NCBI GenBank assembly: GCA_963662285.2 | Contig: CAXXMV010000006.1 | Location: 960,001-1,024,000, forward strand | Reading direction: 5' to 3' | DNA length: 64,000 bases | Source of the DNA: a bacterium | Lineage (GTDB): Bacteria; Hinthialibacterota; Hinthialibacteria; Hinthialibacterales; Hinthialibacteraceae | Part shown: in pieces, positions 56,436 to 64,000 of the stretch | How positions within the stretch are numbered: position 1 is the stretch's first letter | Layout: each line of letters opens with the position of its first letter | Made by a program: the position numbers and the translations under genes | The notes under the pieces: model-generated | Seen by the model: only the letters and a program-made list of their open reading frames with translations | What the model was told of the DNA's origin: nothing | Databases searched by the model: none

Positions 56436-57299
56436 TCAGGATGGGGTCAATCTTCCAAGAAATTGCCCGGAAAACCATGGGTACAACATCAGATGCGGCT
56501 TAAAAGTAATGACGATATAAACTATAAGATTAGAAAGTATAAATAGAGCCATCGACATCCGAATTGCAAAACCGACTGACATAATATTCAATTGCGGCGC
56601 CGTGCGCGCAATAAAAGCTTCGGCCAGACTTACCAGCAGCATGCATCCGATCATAGGAAGCGCGATGCGGATTCCCATGATAAAGAGAATAGACATGACT
56701 GCATGACGTGGTTCTTCGCCTACAATGATTGTTTGATAACCCGCTTTACTTATTGCGGCCAGTGATATTCCCGCTCCGGGAGGGATCACTCTGAAACTAT
56801 TGGCTAGAGCTTGTAGAATCAATTCCGGCCCGCCGATGATCAGAAAGAGCATGGTTCCGATCCATACTTTAATCTGGGCGATGAGAAAATTGTCCTGTCC
56901 GGTGATGGGATCAAAGACCGATGCGGCGGAGAAGCCCGCCTGTTTTCCAATAATTTCGCCTGACATTCCAATGGCGCCCAGCAGCACTTGAAATATAAAA
57001 CTCAGCCCGAAGCCGATAGCGAATTCACCAATAGCAGTAAGGACGAAATCAAGCACGCCGCTATATAGTTGAGTGGCCGGTGGAATGCCGTATCCATTAG
57101 CCGCTTCATTAATGCCAAGGTATGGCCCGGCTAAAACCAATGCAATCCAGAACGCCAGCCCGGCGCGTACCGGGCGAGGGACGGTCTGCCCCCCGAAAAC
57201 CGGCATGGCGAACACAGTTCCAGCTACCCTTATCATAACGAAGAAGAAGGTCATGAACTGCATCTCGTATGGCTGAGGTAACAGATTAAGCATTCCCAT
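56436..57299 (-). CDS. fliR: Flagellar export protein FliR
   Basis: Multi-TM, DPITG and ARTAPQLNIM..GF, gene order. Confidence 0.92.
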   Translation of the reverse strand: MGMLNLLPQPYEMQFMTFFFVMIRVAGTVFAMPVFGGQTVPRPVRAGLAFWIALVLAGPYLGINEAANGYGIPPATQLYSGVLDFVLTAIGEFAIGFGLSFIFQVLLGAIGMSGEIIGKQAGFSAASVFDPITGQDNFLIAQIKVWIGTMLFLIIGGPELILQALANSFRVIPPGAGISLAAISKAGYQTIIVGEEPRHAVMSILFIMGIRIALPMIGCMLLVSLAEAFIARTAPQLNIMSVGFAIRMSMALFILSNLIVYIVITFKPHLMLYPWFSGQFLGRLTPS

Positions 57300-57332
57300 T
57301 AGTTTTCTTTCGACCGGATCATCGGTCACCGA

Positions 57333-57608
57333 TTAGAAATTTTTGGCTACTTCAGGGATCTTTTCGAAAATCCTTAAGGTTAAATCAAGTATTCGTTCGA
57401 TCAACCAGGGCATCAAAAACATGATGGTCGCACCGACCACAACCAGCTTAGGCACTATAGTAAGCGTCTGTTCGTGAATCTGAGTAGCCGCTTGTATCAG
57501 GCTGATGAACAGCCCTACAACCAATCCCACCCCCAACAGGGGAAGGCTTATAAGCAAGGCGTTGAACATCATTTCCTGGCCAAGTTTTACAACGTATAAT
57601 TCATTCAT
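57333..57608 (-). CDS. fliQ: Flagellar export protein FliQ
   Basis: QAATQIHEQTLTIVPK. Confidence 0.96.
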   Translation of the reverse strand: MNELYVVKLGQEMMFNALLISLPLLGVGLVVGLFISLIQAATQIHEQTLTIVPKLVVVGATIMFLMPWLIERILDLTLRIFEKIPEVAKNF

Positions 57609-57641
57609 GATTTTATCTTCTAGTCTCTGTCAGATTTTTTC

Positions 57642-58487
57642 TTATGCGCCCAGTGACATGTTTTGTATGAACGAAGCGCCCAATGCCCGGATCAAGACGC
57701 TCCAACCATCCACCAGTACGAATAACAGGATTTTGAATGGAAGCGATATGAAGGCCGGCGGCAACTGAAACATCCCCATCGAGATCAAAATTGACGAGGT
57801 CACAAGATCAAGAATGAGAAATGGAATAAAAATCATAAATCCCATCATGAACGCTTTTTTCAGTTCGCTGATCATAAATGACGGGATGAGAATGTGGGTC
57901 GGGATGTCATTAAAAGTGGCCGGTTTATTCATCTTGGCCATCGACATGAAAATCATAACGTCGTGGGCGCCTGATGTCCCAATTTGCTGCCACATAAACA
58001 TCCTGATGGGAACAAGAGATTTTTGCAGCATATGGTAAAAGGGTAGAATTTCTTTTGTAACAGGTTTCCCGAAGGGATCGGTGTCTCCCGGTTGCAGCCC
58101 TTTAAGTTCCTGACGAAGATAAGGTCCGATAGCTTCCTTGTGCATCTTTTCAAAGACCGGCGTCATGATGTAAAAGGTCATGAAGAGGGCGACGCCGATG
58201 ATAATTTCATTGGATGGAGTCTGTTGCGTTCCGATGGCGCGGCGCACTAAACCCAGCACGATAGAGATGCGGATGAACGACGTCGTCATGATAGCTATGC
58301 TGGGCAGCACGGATAGAATTGTCAGCAAAAAGAGGATTTGTAGAGTGATCGATACATCCTTGGGATTGGGTTGTCCATCCAGACCAATACTTGGAAATAT
58401 CGGCGCTGCTTCTTGTGCGATGGCGCTATGAGCGCCAATCATCATCAATGAAACTCCTAATATGATTAAGATGCTTATTTTACGCAT
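57642..58487 (-). CDS. fliP: Flagellar export protein FliP
   Basis: MTTSFIRI, SELKKAF and SLPFKILLFVLVDGW. Confidence 0.97.
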   Translation of the reverse strand: MRKISILIILGVSLMMIGAHSAIAQEAAPIFPSIGLDGQPNPKDVSITLQILFLLTILSVLPSIAIMTTSFIRISIVLGLVRRAIGTQQTPSNEIIIGVALFMTFYIMTPVFEKMHKEAIGPYLRQELKGLQPGDTDPFGKPVTKEILPFYHMLQKSLVPIRMFMWQQIGTSGAHDVMIFMSMAKMNKPATFNDIPTHILIPSFMISELKKAFMMGFMIFIPFLILDLVTSSILISMGMFQLPPAFISLPFKILLFVLVDGWSVLIRALGASFIQNMSLGA

Positions 58488-59232
58488 TTTGATCTCCCTT
58501 GCGTTTTAGTCGCTGTGAGAGTCCCTTTAGGAAGAGAAGGCTGGCGTTGACTTCTTGAGTCAGGTCCTGGTTTTCAAGAGATGTTTGCCATTGTGAAAGG
58601 TTGTTTTGGAAATTGGCTGGAGCAACGCCGGATTGTTGCATAGGCGCGTCTTCTGTTTCAGGTATGTTTTGCGCCTGGCTAAGATCAACCTTTGATATTA
58701 GAGAGACGGAATTACCACCCTCGCCAACCAGGTAATACTCGTTGCCGACTCTAAGCAGATGCACCTTGGATTTTTGAGAAAGAGCGTATGATCCCAGGCG
58801 TTGAATATATTCCCCGCCAAGGGTATGAGATTTTATGAAAAACCGTTTTAAGGCCCAGGCGATTGTTAATCCCAGTAATATGACGAAGGCCAGACTAATC
58901 AACATCTGTCCCAGGGATTTCATCAGTGATGGATCGCTTGTTGGCAGAGCGAAGTCTCCCGGAAATGTGGCGGAGGCAACCTTGCTGGGCGAAGGATTTT
59001 CCCAATATTCTTTAAGAGCATCAAATATTGGATCGGCGGGATGAGCCGGGCTGGCGGAAATAATAGTGGAATCTGAGATGGTTGATGAAGCTGAAACCTC
59101 TGCTATATCAGGGGAAGCGGCGGTTTTTTTCCGGGATTCGTCTGCTTCTAACGCCTGAATCTGGATGGCGGAATAGAAAAATAGACATAGAAAGAATCCC
59201 ACACGAACTGTGCGTAAAAAAGAAGCAGCCAT
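58480..59232 (-). CDS. fliO: Flagellar export chaperone FliO
   Basis: TM segment followed by L..KSKVHLLRVG..YYLVG, located upstream of fliP. Confidence 0.8.
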   Translation of the reverse strand: MAASFLRTVRVGFFLCLFFYSAIQIQALEADESRKKTAASPDIAEVSASSTISDSTIISASPAHPADPIFDALKEYWENPSPSKVASATFPGDFALPTSDPSLMKSLGQMLISLAFVILLGLTIAWALKRFFIKSHTLGGEYIQRLGSYALSQKSKVHLLRVGNEYYLVGEGGNSVSLISKVDLSQAQNIPETEDAPMQQSGVAPANFQNNLSQWQTSLENQDLTQEVNASLLFLKGLSQRLKRKGDQNA

Positions 59233-59330
59233 TTTTTTGTACTGTCAAACGCCAGGCATTCGACAGCCCTCAACCGAAAATATGCGAACGTATAAAAAAC
59301 GCCGCAGAATAAAAAAAGAACAACCCTAAT

Positions 59331-59753
59331 TCATGCAACAACCTTATCGATCAAAATACCGTTCTGGCCGTCGCTATTAACAATTTTTCCCTCGGCGATT
59401 ACGCGACCTTCTACCATTACCGAAGCGTGATGACCGGCGCGGGATAATAAAGTATTCCATGAAACAGGCTCCAGCCGTAATATCTCTACTACTTTTCCAT
59501 TTGGATGCCGTACAATAATTTGCGCATCGACTGCGACTTCGAGCAGTTTTGAAAAATTATGTTTGGTTTGCTGATCGCCATCGGGAAAACAAGCGCTGGA
59601 AATCTCTTGCTGCCATTTCGATCCGCGCGTGATTACATCCGCCTGGCGGCATCCAACTTTACCTTTGATGGAATGAACGCTCAGCAGGGCGCCCGGCCTA
59701 AGAGAGATAAGGTCAATTAATTTTAGTACAGAAGTTTGTTTAAGTGCAGCCAT
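59331..59753 (-). CDS. Divergent FliM/FliN C-terminal (SpoA)-like protein
   Basis: LLEVAVD..I.V and VMVEGRVIAEGKIV.....GILI resemble a SpoA domain. Confidence 0.55.
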   Translation of the reverse strand: MAALKQTSVLKLIDLISLRPGALLSVHSIKGKVGCRQADVITRGSKWQQEISSACFPDGDQQTKHNFSKLLEVAVDAQIIVRHPNGKVVEILRLEPVSWNTLLSRAGHHASVMVEGRVIAEGKIVNSDGQNGILIDKVVA

Positions 59754-59803
59754 CTCTCAAACCACCATTGAATATCGAAAACGCCCCTTCTTAAAGGGAC
59801 GGC

Positions 59804-60841
59804 TTATTTTATTGCTTCGATGCGTTCTTCAATTGTTAAGATATCTGTGATGCGAACGCCGAAATTTTCATCAATGACCACAACCTCTCCTTTAGCGAAA
59901 AGTTTGTCATTTACTAGAATATCTACCGGTTCGTTAGCCAGACGATTTAATTCAATAACCGAACCCGGGCCTAATTCGAGTACATCGCGTATTTTGCGAT
60001 GGGTTCGACCTAATTCTACCGTAACCTCGAGCGAAATGTCTAAAATTAATTCCAAATTAGATATGTCCACCGAAGGCGCAACTGCGCTCTGCATATCCAT
60101 CGACTGACCAGTCATAGGAGAGAACTGGGCTGGCGCAGCCATTATTGGTGGAGTCTTGGCCTGGATAGGAGCGCGATCACCCAATCCATCTTTGGGCGCT
60201 GATGGTCCAGCCGATGAAGCATTGATAATGGAATTAAGAAGATTGCGAGGTATAACTTGATAAATAGGCCCATTGACCGCGCCTGATTGCATATTGTAGG
60301 TCAATAGAATACTGCGTTCAGCGGATTCGGGCATTAAGTCGCCCAGGTTAGCCGGTCTGGTTATTATTTCGGGAGGCTCAAGTTGAATCTCTCCACCGAA
60401 TTTTTGGGCCATTGATGTGTTGGCGCTGCTGAAGACGGATTGAATGGCTTCACTGAAAGCGCTCTCTTCAAGGTCTCCGAATTCGCTGCCGGCGCCGCCG
60501 CCAGTCATTTGGGCGGCCAGTTGCATGGCGTTTTCTTCAGACATAATAACCAGGCTTTTGCCTTGCACCATGCCTTTATAATTCAATTCAGCGACGACCA
60601 TATCCCCGGATATTTCATCGGCGACTGAATTAGAATCGGTTTCACTGAAATCTCCTACTGTAGTATTGGCTGATTCTCCCAGCAGGGTGGATAGAACATC
60701 CTGACTGGCGTTAGACACAGTATGGCTATACTCCTTGATGGTATCTTCTTCTTCAGGAGTAATCGCCGGAGGAGGAGGTGGTGGAGTTTCTCCCCGCAAT
60801 AGCGCGTCTATTTCATTTTGGCTTAGTGCTTCAGCAGTCAT
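59804..60841 (-). CDS. fliY: Flagellar switch protein FliY/FliN (CheC-like middle domain plus FliN domain)
   Basis: LSQNEIDALL, CheC-like middle domain, and ILDISLEVTVELG...GEVVVIDENFGVRI. Confidence 0.85.
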   Translation of the reverse strand: MTAEALSQNEIDALLRGETPPPPPPAITPEEEDTIKEYSHTVSNASQDVLSTLLGESANTTVGDFSETDSNSVADEISGDMVVAELNYKGMVQGKSLVIMSEENAMQLAAQMTGGGAGSEFGDLEESAFSEAIQSVFSSANTSMAQKFGGEIQLEPPEIITRPANLGDLMPESAERSILLTYNMQSGAVNGPIYQVIPRNLLNSIINASSAGPSAPKDGLGDRAPIQAKTPPIMAAPAQFSPMTGQSMDMQSAVAPSVDISNLELILDISLEVTVELGRTHRKIRDVLELGPGSVIELNRLANEPVDILVNDKLFAKGEVVVIDENFGVRITDILTIEERIEAIK

Positions 60842-60882
60842 TTTATATGCTCTTTTAGTTTAGAGTTATTTTTATAATCGCT

Positions 60883-61887
60883 CTAGACGTCATCCGGCCC
60901 GGTAATAATTCTGGTGATTCGCACAGCGTTATGGCCCCGTTTAGTTCCAGATTTTGCGAAATAACGATATTCTTCTCCAATTCTAAGTACGCAGTCGTCA
61001 TCTGTTCTTTTGTTTAATTGAATAACATCGCCTTCATTTAGCGCGAGCAGTTCACTCATGCTCATTTGGGCTGAGCCGATGAAAGCTGCTATCGGGATGC
61101 TAACCCGTCTTAATCGGTCATAAAGCACTTCTGCATGTTCTTCAGAAAGGTCTTTTTTGGATGCGGCGTACCATGAAGAACTGGATAACTGGTTTGCAAC
61201 CGGCTCCAGGGTCGGGTAGGGAACGCAAAAAGACAAGGTTCCTGAAATCTCTCCCATGGTTACTTCGAAGGTCATGAGAATGACCATTTCCGAAGGTAGA
61301 TATAACTGCATCAATAGTTGAGGATTGGTTTCGCATTGCTCGAGCGACAGATTGAGGGGCAGTACGTTAGCCCATGCTTCGTGCAGGCAGTCGAAGGCGC
61401 GGTAAAGCACTTTTTCGATGATGGTCTGCTCGATTTCTGTCAATTCCCGGTTCTTCTTAAACACATTACCGGCGCCGCCCATGAGCCGGTCAACCACCGG
61501 GAAGGATAGCGTCGGCGATAGTTCGATCAATGCCTTTCCTTCCAGTGGGTCCATATTGATTATGTTAAGCGATGTCGGGTTGGGGATGGAGCGGATGAAT
61601 TCTTCGTATGAAATCTGATCAACTGAGACCAGTTTTACTTCAACGATAGTACGCAGAAAAGCGGATAGTGAAATAGAGAAAATACGCGCGAAATGATCAT
61701 GCAGATTGTGCATCGTCCGGATTTGATCTTTGGAAAATCTATCCGGATGGTTAAAGTCATATACTTTAACCTCACGTATCCTATCATCCATCTCCCCCTC
61801 TCCGCCCATGTCGCCGGACGCGCCTTCGCCAGTAGCGAAAGCAGAGAGTAGAGAGTCTATTTCATTCTGAGAAAGAATATCCGCCAT
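60883..61887 (-). CDS. fliM: Flagellar motor switch protein FliM
   Basis: ILSQNEIDSLL, YDF.HPDRFSKDQ and RELTEIE. Confidence 0.96.
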   Translation of the reverse strand: MADILSQNEIDSLLSAFATGEGASGDMGGEGEMDDRIREVKVYDFNHPDRFSKDQIRTMHNLHDHFARIFSISLSAFLRTIVEVKLVSVDQISYEEFIRSIPNPTSLNIINMDPLEGKALIELSPTLSFPVVDRLMGGAGNVFKKNRELTEIEQTIIEKVLYRAFDCLHEAWANVLPLNLSLEQCETNPQLLMQLYLPSEMVILMTFEVTMGEISGTLSFCVPYPTLEPVANQLSSSSWYAASKKDLSEEHAEVLYDRLRRVSIPIAAFIGSAQMSMSELLALNEGDVIQLNKRTDDDCVLRIGEEYRYFAKSGTKRGHNAVRITRIITGPDDV

Positions 61888-61948
61888 CAGTCAGTTACCA
61901 TAAATTCCTAATGTTGATTATTTTGAGCATCCATTTTGTTGTTTTTTT

Positions 61949-62479
61949 TTAATTTACAAAAATATCCAGAAAAACTTCTTCTATTTTTGCTTTCTCTAAA
62001 ACTTGATCGTTTAGTTTATTCTTGATTGTATTCTGAATCTTCTCTCTATTAGCCGGACTGGTGATCTCCATTCGCGTCTTGCTGCTGATTTCTTCGCGAA
62101 TCACACGGTTAATATAGGGCATTTTGTGTTTGGTGGCATCGGTTTCAATGCCCATTTCAGCTAAAGCCTCTGGTTCAGAGGCATCACCTGCCGGTTTAAT
62201 CTCTAAAGTAACATTGGCGGAGAAGATATATTCATCATCAGGATAAGACAGATTGCCGGTAAAGGGTTGTTTGAAGGTATACATATATCCTGGTTCAATA
62301 GTGCTTTTAGTATCTAATGTTAATTCTTCGCCGTCGCTTTCTCCACCAAGAAATCTCATTGCGGCAATGCCAATTATTCCAAGCAAAACAACAAACCCGA
62401 TTATTATGAAGATTAAGCGATTACTTTTGGGTTTCTGCTCCTCTATGGCATCTTGTTTCTGCTCTGCTGCATCGCCCAT
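61949..62479 (-). CDS. fliL: Flagellar basal body-associated protein FliL
   Basis: N-terminal TM, FTGNL and C-terminal IEEVF..IFV. First gene before fliM. Confidence 0.8.
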   Translation of the reverse strand: MGDAAEQKQDAIEEQKPKSNRLIFIIIGFVVLLGIIGIAAMRFLGGESDGEELTLDTKSTIEPGYMYTFKQPFTGNLSYPDDEYIFSANVTLEIKPAGDASEPEALAEMGIETDATKHKMPYINRVIREEISSKTRMEITSPANREKIQNTIKNKLNDQVLEKAKIEEVFLDIFVN

Positions 62480-62527
62480 TGATAAATCTCCTTAAATGAT
62501 GTAACTCAACTTCAGATATAAACAGCT

Positions 62528-62557
62528 ATTATAGGTGGTCAAAAAATTCCTTGTCAA
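62528..62557 (-). promoter_or_regulatory. sigma70-type promoter of the fliL operon
   Basis: Minus strand TTGACA-18 bp-TATAAT. Confidence 0.65.
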
Positions 62558-63007
62558 GCAGATTTTTCCGGCTTTTTCCTTTTGGATCATAAAAAACAAC
62601 CAATCATTTGATGATAATCATACATTTGTATACTGTTTTATGGTTTAATTGAATCATGTTTATGCTCATTTTCTTACCCTTTTAATGATATTTGGTGTAA
62701 TTAAATATATAAATTAATAATATGTCTGTTAATCAGTGTTACCTATTTATTTATATTTTTTATTTTTTCATAAATCATAAAAAATATCCCGATTTTTCAT
62801 TTCTATAGTAAATTTCCGCTTTTATGGGATATAACGGTTGGTGTTGTTCAACCGTTAAAAGGAACATAGGGCGGAAAATTCATGTAATTATAAAATTCTA
62901 TAAGCAATTATCGTGCCTGAATAGAATGCGCTTAAATGAAGATATCGCTTGACCAACCTATCTTACGGTAGATAGAATACCAGTCGATTTGAAAGGAAAA
63001 GAAACGA

Positions 63008-63652
63008 ATGAAATCAACACTAGCATTTCGATATGCCGGAGTATTGATGGTTGCATCTTTTTTGCTGTTTCAGAGTTGCGCCACATCCACCATTGCCATG
63101 AAGCCTGCGGCAATTGTTCAGTACGATGTTTTTACCTGCAAAGGATTATCAGCCGATAATCGTTGGATTGGTGTTACCGACCAATTTTTACCTGAAAAGG
63201 ATTCACGCGTGGTTGTAGTGGCTGTATTATCTGATAAAGATATTTCCAGTTATGTCAATTTTGAGTTAATTAATCCGTTGGATAATGTTGTGATTTCTGA
63301 AACAATGCGTTATCCCAAAGAAAATCCTCTGGGCATTTATTTTGGGATTCCCAGATTGCTTAAACTGGGTGGAGAAGGCGATTGGAAGGCAACCGTATTT
63401 GTAGATGGAACTGCGATTGGTGAAGCGAAATTCCGTATTGGAGAGAAATCTGATGAAGATGGTGATGATGGTCCCCGGTATTTTGTGGTCGGAGATGAAT
63501 CGACTTTAGATGAAGATGCCGAAAAATTGCAAGCCATTAGTGAAGAGGATCGTTTTTCATCCTATATTCGAGAAGCGACGCCGAATCTGTCGATTCCTTT
63601 GACATCGGATTCTGAACCGGTTGAAATTAAACCGGAATCTATCTTGCCTTAA
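63008..63652 (+). CDS. Putative lipoprotein
   Basis: Lipobox FQSC. Upstream TTGACC-18-TAGAAT (62949-62978) overlaps a palindrome. Confidence 0.7.
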   Translation: MKSTLAFRYAGVLMVASFLLFQSCATSTIAMKPAAIVQYDVFTCKGLSADNRWIGVTDQFLPEKDSRVVVVAVLSDKDISSYVNFELINPLDNVVISETMRYPKENPLGIYFGIPRLLKLGGEGDWKATVFVDGTAIGEAKFRIGEKSDEDGDDGPRYFVVGDESTLDEDAEKLQAISEEDRFSSYIREATPNLSIPLTSDSEPVEIKPESILP

Positions 63653-63690
63653 ATAATCTTTGAAATTGAGTATGGTTAAATATTACACCT

Positions 63691-64000
63691 ATGGAAATTT
63701 ACTCGATATCCATCAATAAGGAAAAAGATATCCTGGCGGCCCGGGACCGGGCGCGGGTAATCTGTGAAGAACTTGGACTGAGCATCACTCATCAGCTCCA
63801 GGTCACTACTTCTGTTTTTGAACTAGGCAAGAATATCCTCGAACATGGCGATGGAGGCGATGTATCGTTTTCAATCCAAACTGAAGATGATGACCTGAAA
63901 TTGGAAGTGGTCGGCAGAGATCATGGCCCGGGGATTTCTGAGGAAGACATTGAGAAAGCGCTCAATGTGGGAAGCAGTAAATCAACCGCCAACCGCGGCA
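63691..64000 (+). CDS. RsbT-like anti-sigma regulatory kinase (3' end outside window)
   Basis: Manual translation MEIYSISINKEKDILAARDRAR...FELGKNILEHGDGG...DHGPGI. Confidence 0.8.
   Translation, partial: MEIYSISINKEKDILAARDRARVICEELGLSITHQLQVTTSVFELGKNILEHGDGGDVSFSIQTEDDDLKLEVVGRDHGPGISEEDIEKALNVGSSKSTANRG

Noticed and set aside
53160-58487. Injectisome-type T3SS
   Set aside because: The context (fliL, fliM, fliY, fliO, flhF, flhG) is clearly flagellar.
50416-61618. Many + strand ORFs opposite the flagellar genes
   Set aside because: They are shadow ORFs of well-supported minus-strand genes.

Overview
This is a 64-kb window of a bacterial chromosome with the standard genetic code and AT-rich intergenic regions. 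No tRNA, rRNA or CRISPR array was seen. Coding content: the 3' end of pcrA/uvrD, nurA, a PL10 pectate lyase, trmB, a PiT phosphate transporter broken by three +1 frameshifts, pilT, a two-domain thyX, an HD-GYP response regulator, a probable S-layer protein, comEC, two paralogous orphan histidine kinases, an intact IS481, a GH127 glycosidase, an ABC-type ATPase/PD-(D/E)xK nuclease pair, an ECF sigma/anti-sigma module, a MEMO1-AMMECR1 fusion, a MATE transporter, the minus-strand flagellar operon fliL-fliM-fliY-(SpoA)-fliO-P-Q-R-flhB-flhA-flhF-flhG, and the start of an RsbT-like kinase. The most interesting signals lie outside the ORF track: (1) a free-standing ~175-nt multi-hairpin RNA with a sigma54-like promoter and repeated GCGGAG loops, a candidate CsrB-like protein sponge; (2) nested REP, RAYT-relic, MITE and IS elements that repeatedly insert into REP hairpins; (3) a DnaA-box cluster with no dnaA nearby; (4) a candidate ATPase-nuclease defence cassette; (5) an FlhG whose activator helix sits on a ~225-aa tether, and a FliY with degenerate catalytic motifs. 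All product calls are motif recognition by eye; no database searches were run.
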